From Oligoflexales bacterium (GTDB taxonomy: Bacteria; Bdellovibrionota_B; Oligoflexia; Oligoflexales; RGVZ01), in assembly GCA_044375465.1 (NCBI GenBank), contig JBILMN010000003.1, positions 7,587-71,586 on the forward strand: a stretch of 64,000 bases of DNA. The letters run 5' to 3'. Under the pieces are notes generated by a model. The model was not told the origin of the DNA. It saw only the letters and a program-made list of their open reading frames with translations, and ran no database searches. This document shows positions 17,947 through 26,742 of the stretch, piece after piece (the first letter of the stretch is position 1; the number at the start of each line of letters is the position of its first letter). The position numbers were made by a program, and so were the translations under genes.

Positions 17947-19350
17947 ATGTTTTTAAAGTCGCAAATGATGATCTCTTTGATCCTTGTTGCAGGTCTTTCG
18001 AATTTATCCAATCCAGTCGTTGCCGCAGGGATTGTCGTTAATATTGATAACCCCCAGTTTCGTGAAGTCGTCGCGGCAATTCCAGAATTTTCCGTGCGCA
18101 AGGATTCTGCTGACGTGGAATCCGTGGCGCTGGCGACAGAGGCCAACACGGAGCTTCAACGGTTACTTAATTTTACCGGGATCTTCAAGCTTATGGGTCA
18201 AGCCGCATACAAGGATTTGATGTCTCATGCCAAAGAGTCCTGGTTTACGGATCAAGGCACGGGGACTGTGAATTTATTGGAATGGAAAACAGTTGGAGTC
18301 GAGGCCTTGACGCTAGCTGAGGTTTCGCGCGACGGTAGTGGAACCTGGACGCTGCTAATCCGTACGATTGACGTCGGGCGTCGAGAGGTTCTAGTCGGAA
18401 AAAAATATTCTCAAGTGGCTCGCAAGCAGGTCATCAACGTTATGCGGCGTTATGGTGATGAGGTACTACGAGCTTACACCGGGAAATCTGGAATTTTTAA
18501 CTCGAAATTGGTATTCGTTGGTCGCCCTTCAGCAAGCGCAGCAAAGCAGATTTACATCTCGGATTTTGATGGGTCAAACGCCTATCCCATCACGCGCGGC
18601 AATTTTCCTCATTTGTCACCAAGCTTTAGCGCTGATGGCAAGTATGTTGCCTACACCTCATATGAGGCAGGTAATCCAGACCTATACATTTTTGATTTGG
18701 CGACAGGAAAATCTCGAAAACTATCGGGACAAAAAGGTATTAATAGTGGCGGTAATTTCTCGCCATCGGGCAAGGTCATCACGTTTACAGGTTCGGTGAA
18801 TGGGGACGCGGATATCTACACAGTCTTGCCGGGTGGTGGTTCACGGAAATTATTCATTAGCGGGTCCGGTCCTGACGTGGATCCGTCGTTCTCACCGGAT
18901 GGAAGTAAAATAGCCTTTGTTAGTGGCAGATTTGGTAACCCCCATATTTTTGTCGCAAACTTGAACTGGGGTTCCGACACAGAACCTCGGGTTGTCAATG
19001 ACAAGAGACTCACGTACGCTGGCTGGTACAATGCCACCCCTGCCTGGACCCCTGAAGGGGATCGCATCGCTTTTGCTGGCTACGACAAGGAAATTGATCG
19101 TTTTGATCTTTTTATGATGAATCCGGATGGTACGAAGCTTGAGCGCCTCACCCTCCGGGCTGGTGATAACGAACGTCCGTGGTTCAGCCCCAACGGTCAG
19201 AACATTGTCTTCATGTCCAATCGAACGAACGGTCAAAACGTCAAGACAGTTCATCAACTATTTATCATGAATCGGGATGGTGGTAACCAGCGGCAGCTGA
19301 TTACAGGGCTCTATGAGGCCCAAACACCATGCTGGGGCCCGAATCTGTAG
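17947..19350 (+). CDS. tolB: TolB periplasmic beta-propeller protein
   Basis: Start refined to ATG 17947 (AGGAG 7 nt upstream). Signal peptide present. Repeated PD40 units, e.g. SPSFSADGKYVAYTSYEAGNPDLYIFDLATGKSRKL and DPSFSPDGSKIAFVSGRFGNPHIF. Confidence 0.9.
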   Translation: MFLKSQMMISLILVAGLSNLSNPVVAAGIVVNIDNPQFREVVAAIPEFSVRKDSADVESVALATEANTELQRLLNFTGIFKLMGQAAYKDLMSHAKESWFTDQGTGTVNLLEWKTVGVEALTLAEVSRDGSGTWTLLIRTIDVGRREVLVGKKYSQVARKQVINVMRRYGDEVLRAYTGKSGIFNSKLVFVGRPSASAAKQIYISDFDGSNAYPITRGNFPHLSPSFSADGKYVAYTSYEAGNPDLYIFDLATGKSRKLSGQKGINSGGNFSPSGKVITFTGSVNGDADIYTVLPGGGSRKLFISGSGPDVDPSFSPDGSKIAFVSGRFGNPHIFVANLNWGSDTEPRVVNDKRLTYAGWYNATPAWTPEGDRIAFAGYDKEIDRFDLFMMNPDGTKLERLTLRAGDNERPWFSPNGQNIVFMSNRTNGQNVKTVHQLFIMNRDGGNQRQLITGLYEAQTPCWGPNL

Positions 19351-19421
19351 AGTGTCCTGGAATTTGATGAAAGTCGTTTAGATGGACGATCTTGAAACGC
19401 TAGCAAAGTTTCATTATTTTC

Positions 19422-19430
19422 TGTTATAAT
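19422..19430 (+). promoter_or_regulatory. Extended -10 promoter element (TGTTATAAT) for the small lipoprotein gene
   Basis: TG at 19422-19423 and TATAAT at 19425-19430, about 90 nt upstream of ATG 19518. No good -35. Confidence 0.3.
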
Positions 19431-19517
19431 ATAAGCTGTTAGCCAACGAGGACGTGGCGCTTGAGTCGCGCAACGCTCGACTTGGGGAGTGGTTCATTAA
19501 ATTTAAAGGGGTTCATT

Positions 19518-19742
19518 ATGATGATTTCTTTACGTCGTGTTGTGATCAGCGCCATCGTGTCTACGGTTGGATTTGTCGCGGGTTGTTCTGAGAAGAAAGC
19601 CGAAGAGCCAGTAGCTGCGCCGGCTGCGACCGAAGCTCCTGCATCCCCAACAGCTCCAGAGGCTCCCGCGGCCCCAGAAGCTCCCGCAGCTCCAGCCAAG
19701 GCCGCAAAGAAACCAGCTAAAAAAGCTCCGAAAAAGAAATAA
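19518..19742 (+). CDS. Small Ala/Pro/Lys-rich lipoprotein at the position where pal is expected
   Basis: ATG 19518 after AAAGGGG. Lipobox FVAGC. Mature part is EKKAEEPVAAPAATEAPASPTAPEAPAAPEAPAAPAKAAKKPAKKAPKKK. No OmpA-like domain. Confidence 0.55.
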   Translation: MMISLRRVVISAIVSTVGFVAGCSEKKAEEPVAAPAATEAPASPTAPEAPAAPEAPAAPAKAAKKPAKKAPKKK

Positions 19743-19747
19743 TTGAT

Positions 19748-20746
19748 TTAAGTTTTTCTGAGTAGGAGTGATCCCCAGGTCAGTCCTGCTCCAACCACGG
19801 CGATTACGATGTAATCGCCTTTTTTGTAGCGATCCCAATTCTGAGACAAGACAGAGGGTGCCCCACAGGCGCCCTGATTGCCGCGGTCGACAACATTGTA
19901 CAGATGACGGCTGTCAGGAACGCCCATTTTCTCCATGGCTGAGACAAGCATTCGGTAATTCGCTTGATGACCGATGAACCAGTGCGCGTCGTTGGCCGTC
20001 AATTGATGCCGCGCCAAAATATCCTGTGCCGCCGCAATCGTTTTTGTAACCGCAAATTTTTGCACTGCGGCACCATTTTGATGGAAGAATTTACCATCTG
20101 GCAGGTGGATATGCTCCCATCCGCTGGGTGCTGATTCTACGAGACTGTCAATCACCTGGAGAGCGCCAGGGCGTTCATCGCTGCTGATGACTGCGGCAAT
20201 CGATGAATCACCGAACAAGATTGAGTTTCTGCGGTCACTATAATCCACGCGGGTGGTGTATCGTTCTGTACAAAAAATGGCGCCTTCTTTTGTGAGGCCA
20301 CTTTTCATTAGGCCACGCATCACGTGACACTGAACGACAAAAGTGCTGCAAGCTGAATTCACGTCAAATCCTCGAATCCTCTCCAATCCGATTTGGGCTG
20401 CAACGACACATCCGCTCGACGGAATGTCATCATCAGGAACTGACGTGCCACCGATCACGGTGTCGATATTGTCCAAAATCACGTGTGCTCTGCCGGTTGC
20501 GACTTTCCAGGCCTTTTCACTCATGCTGGCGATGGACTCTATCAAGCCATCGGATTTCAGTTTTTCGCGTGTGGTGCGACCATGTCGCAAGTCCATGACC
20601 ATCTCTGGAGATAAGACAGATCTTCTGGACTCAATACCGACGCGATCCTTGATCCAATCACCTGCAGATCCAATGTCGAGTATGTCAAAAAAAGCATTGT
20701 CCAGGACATTTTCCGGGAAGTAATGGCCCATGCTGTAAATATACAT
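19748..20746 (-). CDS. Beta-ketoacyl-ACP synthase III family protein (divergent FabH-like)
   Basis: Active-site contexts DVNSACSTFVV (Cys), IGHQANYRML (His) and VDRGNQGACGAPSVL (Asn). Confidence 0.8.
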   Translation of the reverse strand: MYIYSMGHYFPENVLDNAFFDILDIGSAGDWIKDRVGIESRRSVLSPEMVMDLRHGRTTREKLKSDGLIESIASMSEKAWKVATGRAHVILDNIDTVIGGTSVPDDDIPSSGCVVAAQIGLERIRGFDVNSACSTFVVQCHVMRGLMKSGLTKEGAIFCTERYTTRVDYSDRRNSILFGDSSIAAVISSDERPGALQVIDSLVESAPSGWEHIHLPDGKFFHQNGAAVQKFAVTKTIAAAQDILARHQLTANDAHWFIGHQANYRMLVSAMEKMGVPDSRHLYNVVDRGNQGACGAPSVLSQNWDRYKKGDYIVIAVVGAGLTWGSLLLRKT

Positions 20747-20764
20747 GCAAACGATTCTCTCTCT

Positions 20765-21511
20765 TTAGTTGGTAAACATGCCACCATTGACGTGAATGGT
20801 GCTGCCAGTGATATAGCCAGAACCAGCGCTAGCTAGAAACGAGACAGCCGCTGCAATATCATCAGGGGTGCCAAATCGCTTTAGTGGGATTTTTGCCATC
20901 GCAGCGTCTTTTGCGGCATCTGGCAGGCTGTCTGTCATGTCGGTCTGAATAAACCCCGGAGCAACACAGTTGCACAGAATGCCAAATTGAGCGAGGTCCA
21001 ACGCGATACTCTTGGTGAATGCTGTGATGGCCCCCTTTGTGGCCGCATACATCGATTGGCCGGCGTTACCCGTGTAACCAACGACCGAGGCGATATTAAT
21101 GATCCGCCCTGATTTTGCGCGGATCATGCCTTTTGCTGCAAATTTACTCAGGAGGAACACGGGCTTTAGATTCGTACTGATCAAGGTGTCAAAGTCTTCC
21201 GGCTTGGCGAAGGGCAAGATCTGGTCAATGGAGACCCCGGCATTGTTGACCAAAACCGAGATCGGCCCAAGGTCTGATGTGACGGCTTTGATTAAATCCT
21301 GGCAGGCTGCGGCATCTGATAAATCAGCTTTAAAAGGCTTTGATCCGGGAATTTTCGCGCTTAATGCTTGTGCCTTGTCCTCAGATCCTCGGTAGTGAAT
21401 CGCGACTTTAAAACCCGCCTCTCCCAGCGCTGCGGCACATGCGGCACCGATACCGCGACTTGCTCCGGTGACGAGAGCGACTTTTGACATTGAGCCATCC
21501 GGGTTCGCCAT
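20765..21511 (-). CDS. fabG: 3-oxoacyl-ACP reductase (SDR)
   Basis: VALVTGASRGIGAACA cofactor motif, NNAG, YAATKGAITAFTKSIALDLA (YxxxK). GGAGGA SD 5 nt before ATG 21511. Confidence 0.85.
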   Translation of the reverse strand: MANPDGSMSKVALVTGASRGIGAACAAALGEAGFKVAIHYRGSEDKAQALSAKIPGSKPFKADLSDAAACQDLIKAVTSDLGPISVLVNNAGVSIDQILPFAKPEDFDTLISTNLKPVFLLSKFAAKGMIRAKSGRIINIASVVGYTGNAGQSMYAATKGAITAFTKSIALDLAQFGILCNCVAPGFIQTDMTDSLPDAAKDAAMAKIPLKRFGTPDDIAAAVSFLASAGSGYITGSTIHVNGGMFTN

Positions 21512-21594
21512 GAATTCCTCCGATCATCATCAGTTCGTTCTGAATCTGGGGAGGATAGCATTGCCAACAATGTGGGACAATCTGGATTTCAATC

Positions 21595-24165
21595 TCAAGA
21601 AGCGGTTTTTGCCAGGTTTGCGCCGGCGGCAGCGGATTTTTGCGCGCTCTTGATCTTGAATGCCCATTGGACCACACTTGCAGTGGTACGCCAAATGCCC
21701 TGAATATCGTTGCTTGCATCCGGGTGGAATCCTTCGTGGGCGGCGCGATTGCGGAAATCCTGGAAAATATGTAATTCGCGGCAGAAGTTCGCCAATTCCA
21801 CATCATCGTTGGTCCCCACATTGAAAAGTCCGCTGAGCCCAGCTTTGCAATTTTGTCTACCGAAGACCAAAAAATAAAGACCAAAGGCCTTGAGTCCGTC
21901 TAATGTAAAACGGCGTCCGGGCTCAAATTGGCAGATGGCGCGAAGCATCTTGCGAAGTTTAAATTTGGAGAAAAAAGGAATGTCCTTAACGACGGGGAGT
22001 GCCGCAATATAAGCCTCAAAATCGTCCATTTGCCGGACAATGGGGCGAGCATAGCCGATGACGTCTAGTTTTCTTTGGATATGGCCTTTTTGTAGGGACT
22101 GACTTACCGCTTCTTCAAAGAATTCCCTGTAAAGTAATTCCATGGCCTTATACTGCATATCAATCAGTGGGGATAAATCCATCTCATGAGCTTGAGCGGC
22201 GCCTGCGATGGATTGGTTGAAAAACAAAGCAGTGCGTAATGCTCGTTTCACCTCGCTTGACAAGTCTTTGTAATGGGGGATCATGCCTCCCAGTTCACGG
22301 TCAAGATCCTTATCAGATGGCCACTGACTCGATGTCACTTGCGCGGCAAGTGCTGGTCTTTCAGTTTCTTTAGCGGGAGTTAGTAGTGCTGAAAGTTCAT
22401 CTTTAATCTGGTAAAGGGGATGATCCGTGTTGACGGGAAGCTTGATGTCATGCACGGCGCTGCGAAGTTCTTTCTGCAAATCTTTAAGATCCTTATTGGA
22501 CAATAAATTGACGATATCTTGCTGAACGGCCACGGTCGCATTCGGTCTTGTTAGCATGGAAATCAACTCCAGCAGACTTCGCTTGGTGTTAATCTCTCCA
22601 AGGGCCTTTGCCACAGCACGAAGTTCAGCGCTGTCATCGCTACGAATATAGTCCAAAAGCTTCAAAACAGCATCGTCCCGGTTCTTAAAACGAGCGAGAA
22701 CCTTGATGTGCGCAATGGCTGCGACGCCTTTGTGCTTGCGGACGATCGAAGAAAGCGCATTGATATCGACCTTGTCTGGTGCGAGCCAGGCGTCCCCTAG
22801 CTGGGCCCAAAGATTGTCCCCACTGCGACGTGGCTGCTGTTGTTGAAAAGCACCATATAGATCAAAGATCGGATGAGGATCGTTTGCTTCAGTCAGGTTC
22901 GATGGCGCGCAAAAATCTGCGATATTTTGCACCAAGTCCGTGGCGATTCCCAAAGTTTTTAGATGAGCGTGGCTGCGTGATTGCTCCAGCAGCGGAAAAA
23001 CGCCTGGTTGATAGGATGCGGCAAATGGGTCAGTGCGATCATGGTCTGGGCAAAACCCTCGTTTCCAGGGCAGCGCAGCAATTAAATATCGGGCCCACGC
23101 GGGATGTGTGCCTTGGGATTCCGCGATTTTTGTGAGGCCGTCCCTGCTCATGCCAGCGATCCACTCAGGGTTGGATGGCCCCGACAGCAGGAGGTTTTTT
23201 TGAATATCTTCTGGCGTGTCGTTGCGAGACCAAAGTGCAGGCAGCTTTCCCGCAATCACTTCGTTGGACGTATTTTTGCTGGCCCCCTTGGCAAGACCTT
23301 TCGAAATACGCGAAAAAGCCGCTACTTTTGCCGAGTGAGTTTGTAACGATGCCTTCGCTAAATGAAAAAAGATGCTGTGCGGGGCATCCGCCATCCAATC
23401 TTCCAATAATGCACATTCGTGCCGCATCAGCCATGCTAAAGCGTGGGTCGGAGGTTTGTGGTCAGTGCCATTGTGGTCCCTGAAGCTCTTTAACATGGTC
23501 CAGCACAGTTTGGTGAGCCGATCAGAAGAAAGATCGTACTCCAAGGCTCTTTGAATCAGGAGATTATGAAATGCACCGGACAAGTCCTCCCACTCAGGGC
23601 TTTCGAGGGTGGCTTTGGTCAATTCGTATCCGTGCGTGTCTTTGGCGATATCCAAAATGGTAAAACGAATGCGTTGCGGCAACCCGGCAATTGACGCGAT
23701 AGGAATCAACCGATGCCAAAGCACCCTGTCTGTGACTCGGGCCCATGCCCTGATGGCCACGGCGGCAACATTTTGATCCCAAGCCAGAATATGATTCATC
23801 ACCCATAATTCAAATTCAGGTTTGTCGCTCGTGGCGCTCATCTCAATGGCCGCAACGATTTCTGACTGTGAAATGGGCAAAGTCATCAAAACTTTCAGTA
23901 ATTTGTCGTCAAGGGTTCGACCTTCATGGCGCCATTGAACGAGAAGTGATGCTCGTTGCTCTGATGACGATCCTGTGAGAAAAAGATCAAACTCTCGATT
24001 CGTCAGTGGGCGCTCTTTTTTCTCGCTTAACATGGAAGGGTTTCTCTCTCTGCTCTGGTGGTCCTTATCAGAAGATAGGACTACGGTTTTTTGTGATGAT
24101 CCCACCCGTGTGATAGGCGGGAAATCCTTGTAAGCGGACATCGGTTGGTTTTTGGTGTGGGACAA
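21595..24165 (-). CDS. Large helical-repeat (HEAT-like) protein with C-terminal HEPN-like RNxxAH domain
   Basis: 856-aa ORF, start uncertain (TTG 24165 or ATG 24141). HEAT-like DDAVLKLLDYIRSDDSAELRAVAKALGEINTKRSLLELISML. C-terminal FQDFRNRAAHEG, with R-N-R-A-A-H encoded at 21736-21753. Confidence 0.6.
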   Translation of the reverse strand: MSHTKNQPMSAYKDFPPITRVGSSQKTVVLSSDKDHQSRERNPSMLSEKKERPLTNREFDLFLTGSSSEQRASLLVQWRHEGRTLDDKLLKVLMTLPISQSEIVAAIEMSATSDKPEFELWVMNHILAWDQNVAAVAIRAWARVTDRVLWHRLIPIASIAGLPQRIRFTILDIAKDTHGYELTKATLESPEWEDLSGAFHNLLIQRALEYDLSSDRLTKLCWTMLKSFRDHNGTDHKPPTHALAWLMRHECALLEDWMADAPHSIFFHLAKASLQTHSAKVAAFSRISKGLAKGASKNTSNEVIAGKLPALWSRNDTPEDIQKNLLLSGPSNPEWIAGMSRDGLTKIAESQGTHPAWARYLIAALPWKRGFCPDHDRTDPFAASYQPGVFPLLEQSRSHAHLKTLGIATDLVQNIADFCAPSNLTEANDPHPIFDLYGAFQQQQPRRSGDNLWAQLGDAWLAPDKVDINALSSIVRKHKGVAAIAHIKVLARFKNRDDAVLKLLDYIRSDDSAELRAVAKALGEINTKRSLLELISMLTRPNATVAVQQDIVNLLSNKDLKDLQKELRSAVHDIKLPVNTDHPLYQIKDELSALLTPAKETERPALAAQVTSSQWPSDKDLDRELGGMIPHYKDLSSEVKRALRTALFFNQSIAGAAQAHEMDLSPLIDMQYKAMELLYREFFEEAVSQSLQKGHIQRKLDVIGYARPIVRQMDDFEAYIAALPVVKDIPFFSKFKLRKMLRAICQFEPGRRFTLDGLKAFGLYFLVFGRQNCKAGLSGLFNVGTNDDVELANFCRELHIFQDFRNRAAHEGFHPDASNDIQGIWRTTASVVQWAFKIKSAQKSAAAGANLAKTAS

Positions 24166-24474
24166 TAAGAACGAGTTGGTAGCGTTCCCAAAAACTTTAA
24201 TTTAAAGCATTAATCTAGAGTGGTTATAGACGTTGGCTTTGGCATGTGGCATGCCTCTGTTTTTGGAGCCTTGGGATGAACACGGTACGCTCACTGATGA
24301 CGATGGTCTATTTGGTCATTGGTTTATTCGTGTCTTATTGCTGAAAAAGCCACCGGGTCAAATCTCAAAATCGCGACCTCGTCTTCGAGGTTACGCTGCG
24401 ATGATGTGAGGATCACTGTCGCGACTGCGACGTCGGAGTCGCATGGATAAATTTCAAAGAATGCCTAGAGATTG

Positions 24475-25230
24475 CTACCGGGGCAGTGCCATGACATCAT
24501 GCAAACTGACATCGGCTCCCGCTTCCATTAAAAAACGCCGAGCACTGCGCAATGAGCTTGCCCAACGATGTGCCAGAGCTGCGGCATCCGTAACATCCTC
24601 TCCGCGCAACGGCTCATCGCTCTCAACCACGACGCGAGCACCCTTAAGCCAAGACCATTGATCCGGACGATCGCGCTGAAATGACCTCAGGCTAAATGAA
24701 AGTGTCATGCCCAGTTCCATGTAAGCACGACCAATTTCGGGCGGGCCTCTAAATCCATGGATGATTCCAGTGACGTGGCCCGTGCGACGTAAAAACCCAA
24801 GCATACGGTCATGCCCGCGCACAACGTGCAGCACAACCGGCTTCCCTGCATCCACCGCAAGACGCAGCTGACGCTGGCACCAAAATTCCTGTTTTAATCG
24901 GGATTCATTGCTTTTAACCCCTGAAAAATCTAAACCGATTTCACCCAGAGTTTTAACGCTTGAAAGATTATTTTTCAGGGACTCAAACATCTGTTCAAGC
25001 GCGACATCCGACGCATCTCTGACAGTCCAAGGATGGATGCCAAATGCAGGCGTTAGAAAATCGGGAAAACGCTCAAAGATTTGACGCTGCCGCTCCCAGT
25101 CCTTGGGTTCGACACCCCCAAGATGAATGTGACAAACCCCTTCGGACTGAAGTCGTGGGACTAGCTCGTCGAGAATCGGGGCTAAACGAAGGTCAGACAG
25201 ATGTGCATGGGCGTCAATCATCGAGTTCAA
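24475..25230 (-). CDS. tatD: TatD-family metal-dependent hydrolase/DNase
   Basis: MIDAHAHLSD N-terminal metal motif, HLGG, EIGLDF, VLHVVRGHD, IIHGFRG. Confidence 0.85.
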   Translation of the reverse strand: MNSMIDAHAHLSDLRLAPILDELVPRLQSEGVCHIHLGGVEPKDWERQRQIFERFPDFLTPAFGIHPWTVRDASDVALEQMFESLKNNLSSVKTLGEIGLDFSGVKSNESRLKQEFWCQRQLRLAVDAGKPVVLHVVRGHDRMLGFLRRTGHVTGIIHGFRGPPEIGRAYMELGMTLSFSLRSFQRDRPDQWSWLKGARVVVESDEPLRGEDVTDAAALAHRWASSLRSARRFLMEAGADVSLHDVMALPR

Positions 25231-25254
25231 AACATTGAAGTCAATCTGTCAATC

Positions 25255-25614
25255 TTAAGTTAATAAATTTCGATCGCTGAGTTCGTCATCAAGATACCGT
25301 CTAAAGTTCTTAACATTCACTTTGAGATCGGCGATCAAAGCCGGAACATCCGTAAAATCACCGGATGCCAAGTGCGTCTCAAGTTCCTCACATTTCTTTG
25401 CGCACTGTCTCGCTCCAAACATATAGCAAGAACCTTTGAGTGCATGTGCCGCCGATTTTGCCTCTGAAAAATTGCCAATGCGCGTGGACTCCTCAATGGC
25501 TGATATTCTCGACTTCCATCCCGAATCAAACAGACCGACAATTGATTTCCACTGATCTCCACTCTTTAGAGTCAAAAACAAAGACCCTAAAATCTGTTGA
25601 TCCACATCGGTCAT
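25255..25614 (-). CDS. Histidine phosphotransfer (Hpt) domain protein
   Basis: Start refined to ATG 25614. AKSAAHALKGSCYMFGARQCAKKCEELE contains the HxxKG phospho-His motif in a four-helix context. Confidence 0.7.
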   Translation of the reverse strand: MTDVDQQILGSLFLTLKSGDQWKSIVGLFDSGWKSRISAIEESTRIGNFSEAKSAAHALKGSCYMFGARQCAKKCEELETHLASGDFTDVPALIADLKVNVKNFRRYLDDELSDRNLLT

Positions 25615-25915
25615 GACAGCCTCCCAATCGGCGCTCGGCAGAGGTGGATTGACCCAGCAGGGTCCACCGCAATAAAGTTTCAAGATTCCCAGCCTGATGA
25701 AAGCACCCCGTCGGCTTCTTACACAACGTCACTCATGCCGTCAAGAAACGAATCTGACCGCTTTCTATGATGGCACTGTGCTATTTGACACTGCTGGTAT
25801 CACCATATGACAACATTGCTGTGAACGACATCGATTCACAGGGCTAACAATGCGTCACCAAAGAATCCTGATCTTCGACTGGGCCGCTTAGGATTATCGA
25901 AAGATCCTATTAATC

Positions 25916-25967
25916 TGACCTCACTCTATAACTTCATTCTATGACCTCATTCTATAACTTCATTCTA
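25916..25967. repeat. Tandem 2 x 26-bp direct repeat in the divergent Hpt / receiver intergenic region
   Basis: TGACCTCACTCTATAACTTCATTCTA (25916-25941) and TGACCTCATTCTATAACTTCATTCTA (25942-25967) differ at one position. Confidence 0.9.
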
Positions 25968-26095
25968 GGCGCAAACAGAAGATTCTTAGATTTTCCGAGA
26001 CGCACGCATTACTGGCACAGGACTTGCTTTACCTCATATGAATACTCGCACATGCAGTCACTACATCGGTTGTCAGAATCTGAAAGGAGCGCAAT

Positions 26096-26242
26096 ATGGG
26101 GCCACTTACTAAATTTGTCGGATTTCTGGTGGTGGGGTTGGCGGTAATGGCAGCCGCAGAAGGAATTTCTGTCATCAGCAGGACCCTCGCTTTGAGAAAT
26201 AATGCGTCAAGGACCTGCTTGGCGAGCATGCCGCACAATTGA
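26096..26242 (+). CDS. Candidate 48-aa small membrane protein (not in the ORF track)
   Basis: ATG 26096 preceded by AAAGGAG with 7-nt spacing. Product MGPLTKFVGFLVVGLAVMAAAEGISVISRTLALRNNASRTCLASMPHN has one TM helix. Ends 36 nt before the receiver gene. Confidence 0.35.
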   Translation: MGPLTKFVGFLVVGLAVMAAAEGISVISRTLALRNNASRTCLASMPHN

Positions 26243-26277
26243 ACTTGAGATCGTCACATTGTCCTTGGAGGTATAAA

Positions 26278-26742
26278 ATGGTGCAGACTCGACAAGAACC
26301 AAAGATAGCCACGGTGCTAGGTAAGGCTCCGATGGGTCAAACGCAATCAAATCATGCGCAGCAGATTGGGAAAGTTCTGTTGATTGATGATGATCCTGTT
26401 TTCCGAGCGATCTTCTCAAAACTAGCTTCCGAGGATGGTCTCGAGGTCGACGCATTTGACTCGATGCTCGAAGTTGAGCCATTTTCGCGCATATCCACCT
26501 ACAGGGGGGTTATTTTCGACTACCATCTCGCACAACTCGACGGCATCGAACTTGCCAGTCATTTGGAGACAATTTTTGGAGGAGTGCCGATGCTGCTTGT
26601 CAGCGCAGATAGTGATGCCGAACGCAACATGCGGGAACGGTGCCCTGGCGTCTTTGGTGCTTTCATGAGTAAGAAGGAGGGTGGTCGAAGAATTATCAGC
26701 AAGATCCGTGAGATGATTGTGGGTCATTGTCATGCCAACTAA
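26278..26742 (+). CDS. Stand-alone response-regulator receiver protein
   Basis: ATG 26278 after GGAGG. KVLLIDDD acidic pocket, VIFDYHL (phospho-Asp), LLVSAD (Ser/Thr), FMSKK (Lys). No output domain. Confidence 0.8.
   Translation: MVQTRQEPKIATVLGKAPMGQTQSNHAQQIGKVLLIDDDPVFRAIFSKLASEDGLEVDAFDSMLEVEPFSRISTYRGVIFDYHLAQLDGIELASHLETIFGGVPMLLVSADSDAERNMRERCPGVFGAFMSKKEGGRRIISKIREMIVGHCHAN

Noticed and set aside
24241-24344. Hairpin GGCATG-TGG-CATGCC + TCTGTTTTT (24241-24265), followed by a 22-aa hydrophobic ORF (24276-24344, MNTVRSLMTMVYLVIGLFVSYC) with GGAG upstream
   Set aside because: The terminator-like hairpin has no plus-strand gene upstream to terminate, and the ORF is very short. It could be an sRNA or leader peptide, but the sequence alone does not support a call.
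24376-24442. Small hairpins downstream of tatD (ACCTCG-TCTT-CGAGGT, and the near-palindrome GCGACTGCGACGTCGGAGTCGC)
   Set aside because: They are possible tatD terminators on the minus strand, but the stems are short or mismatched and the T-tract is weak. Confidence was too low to list them as features.
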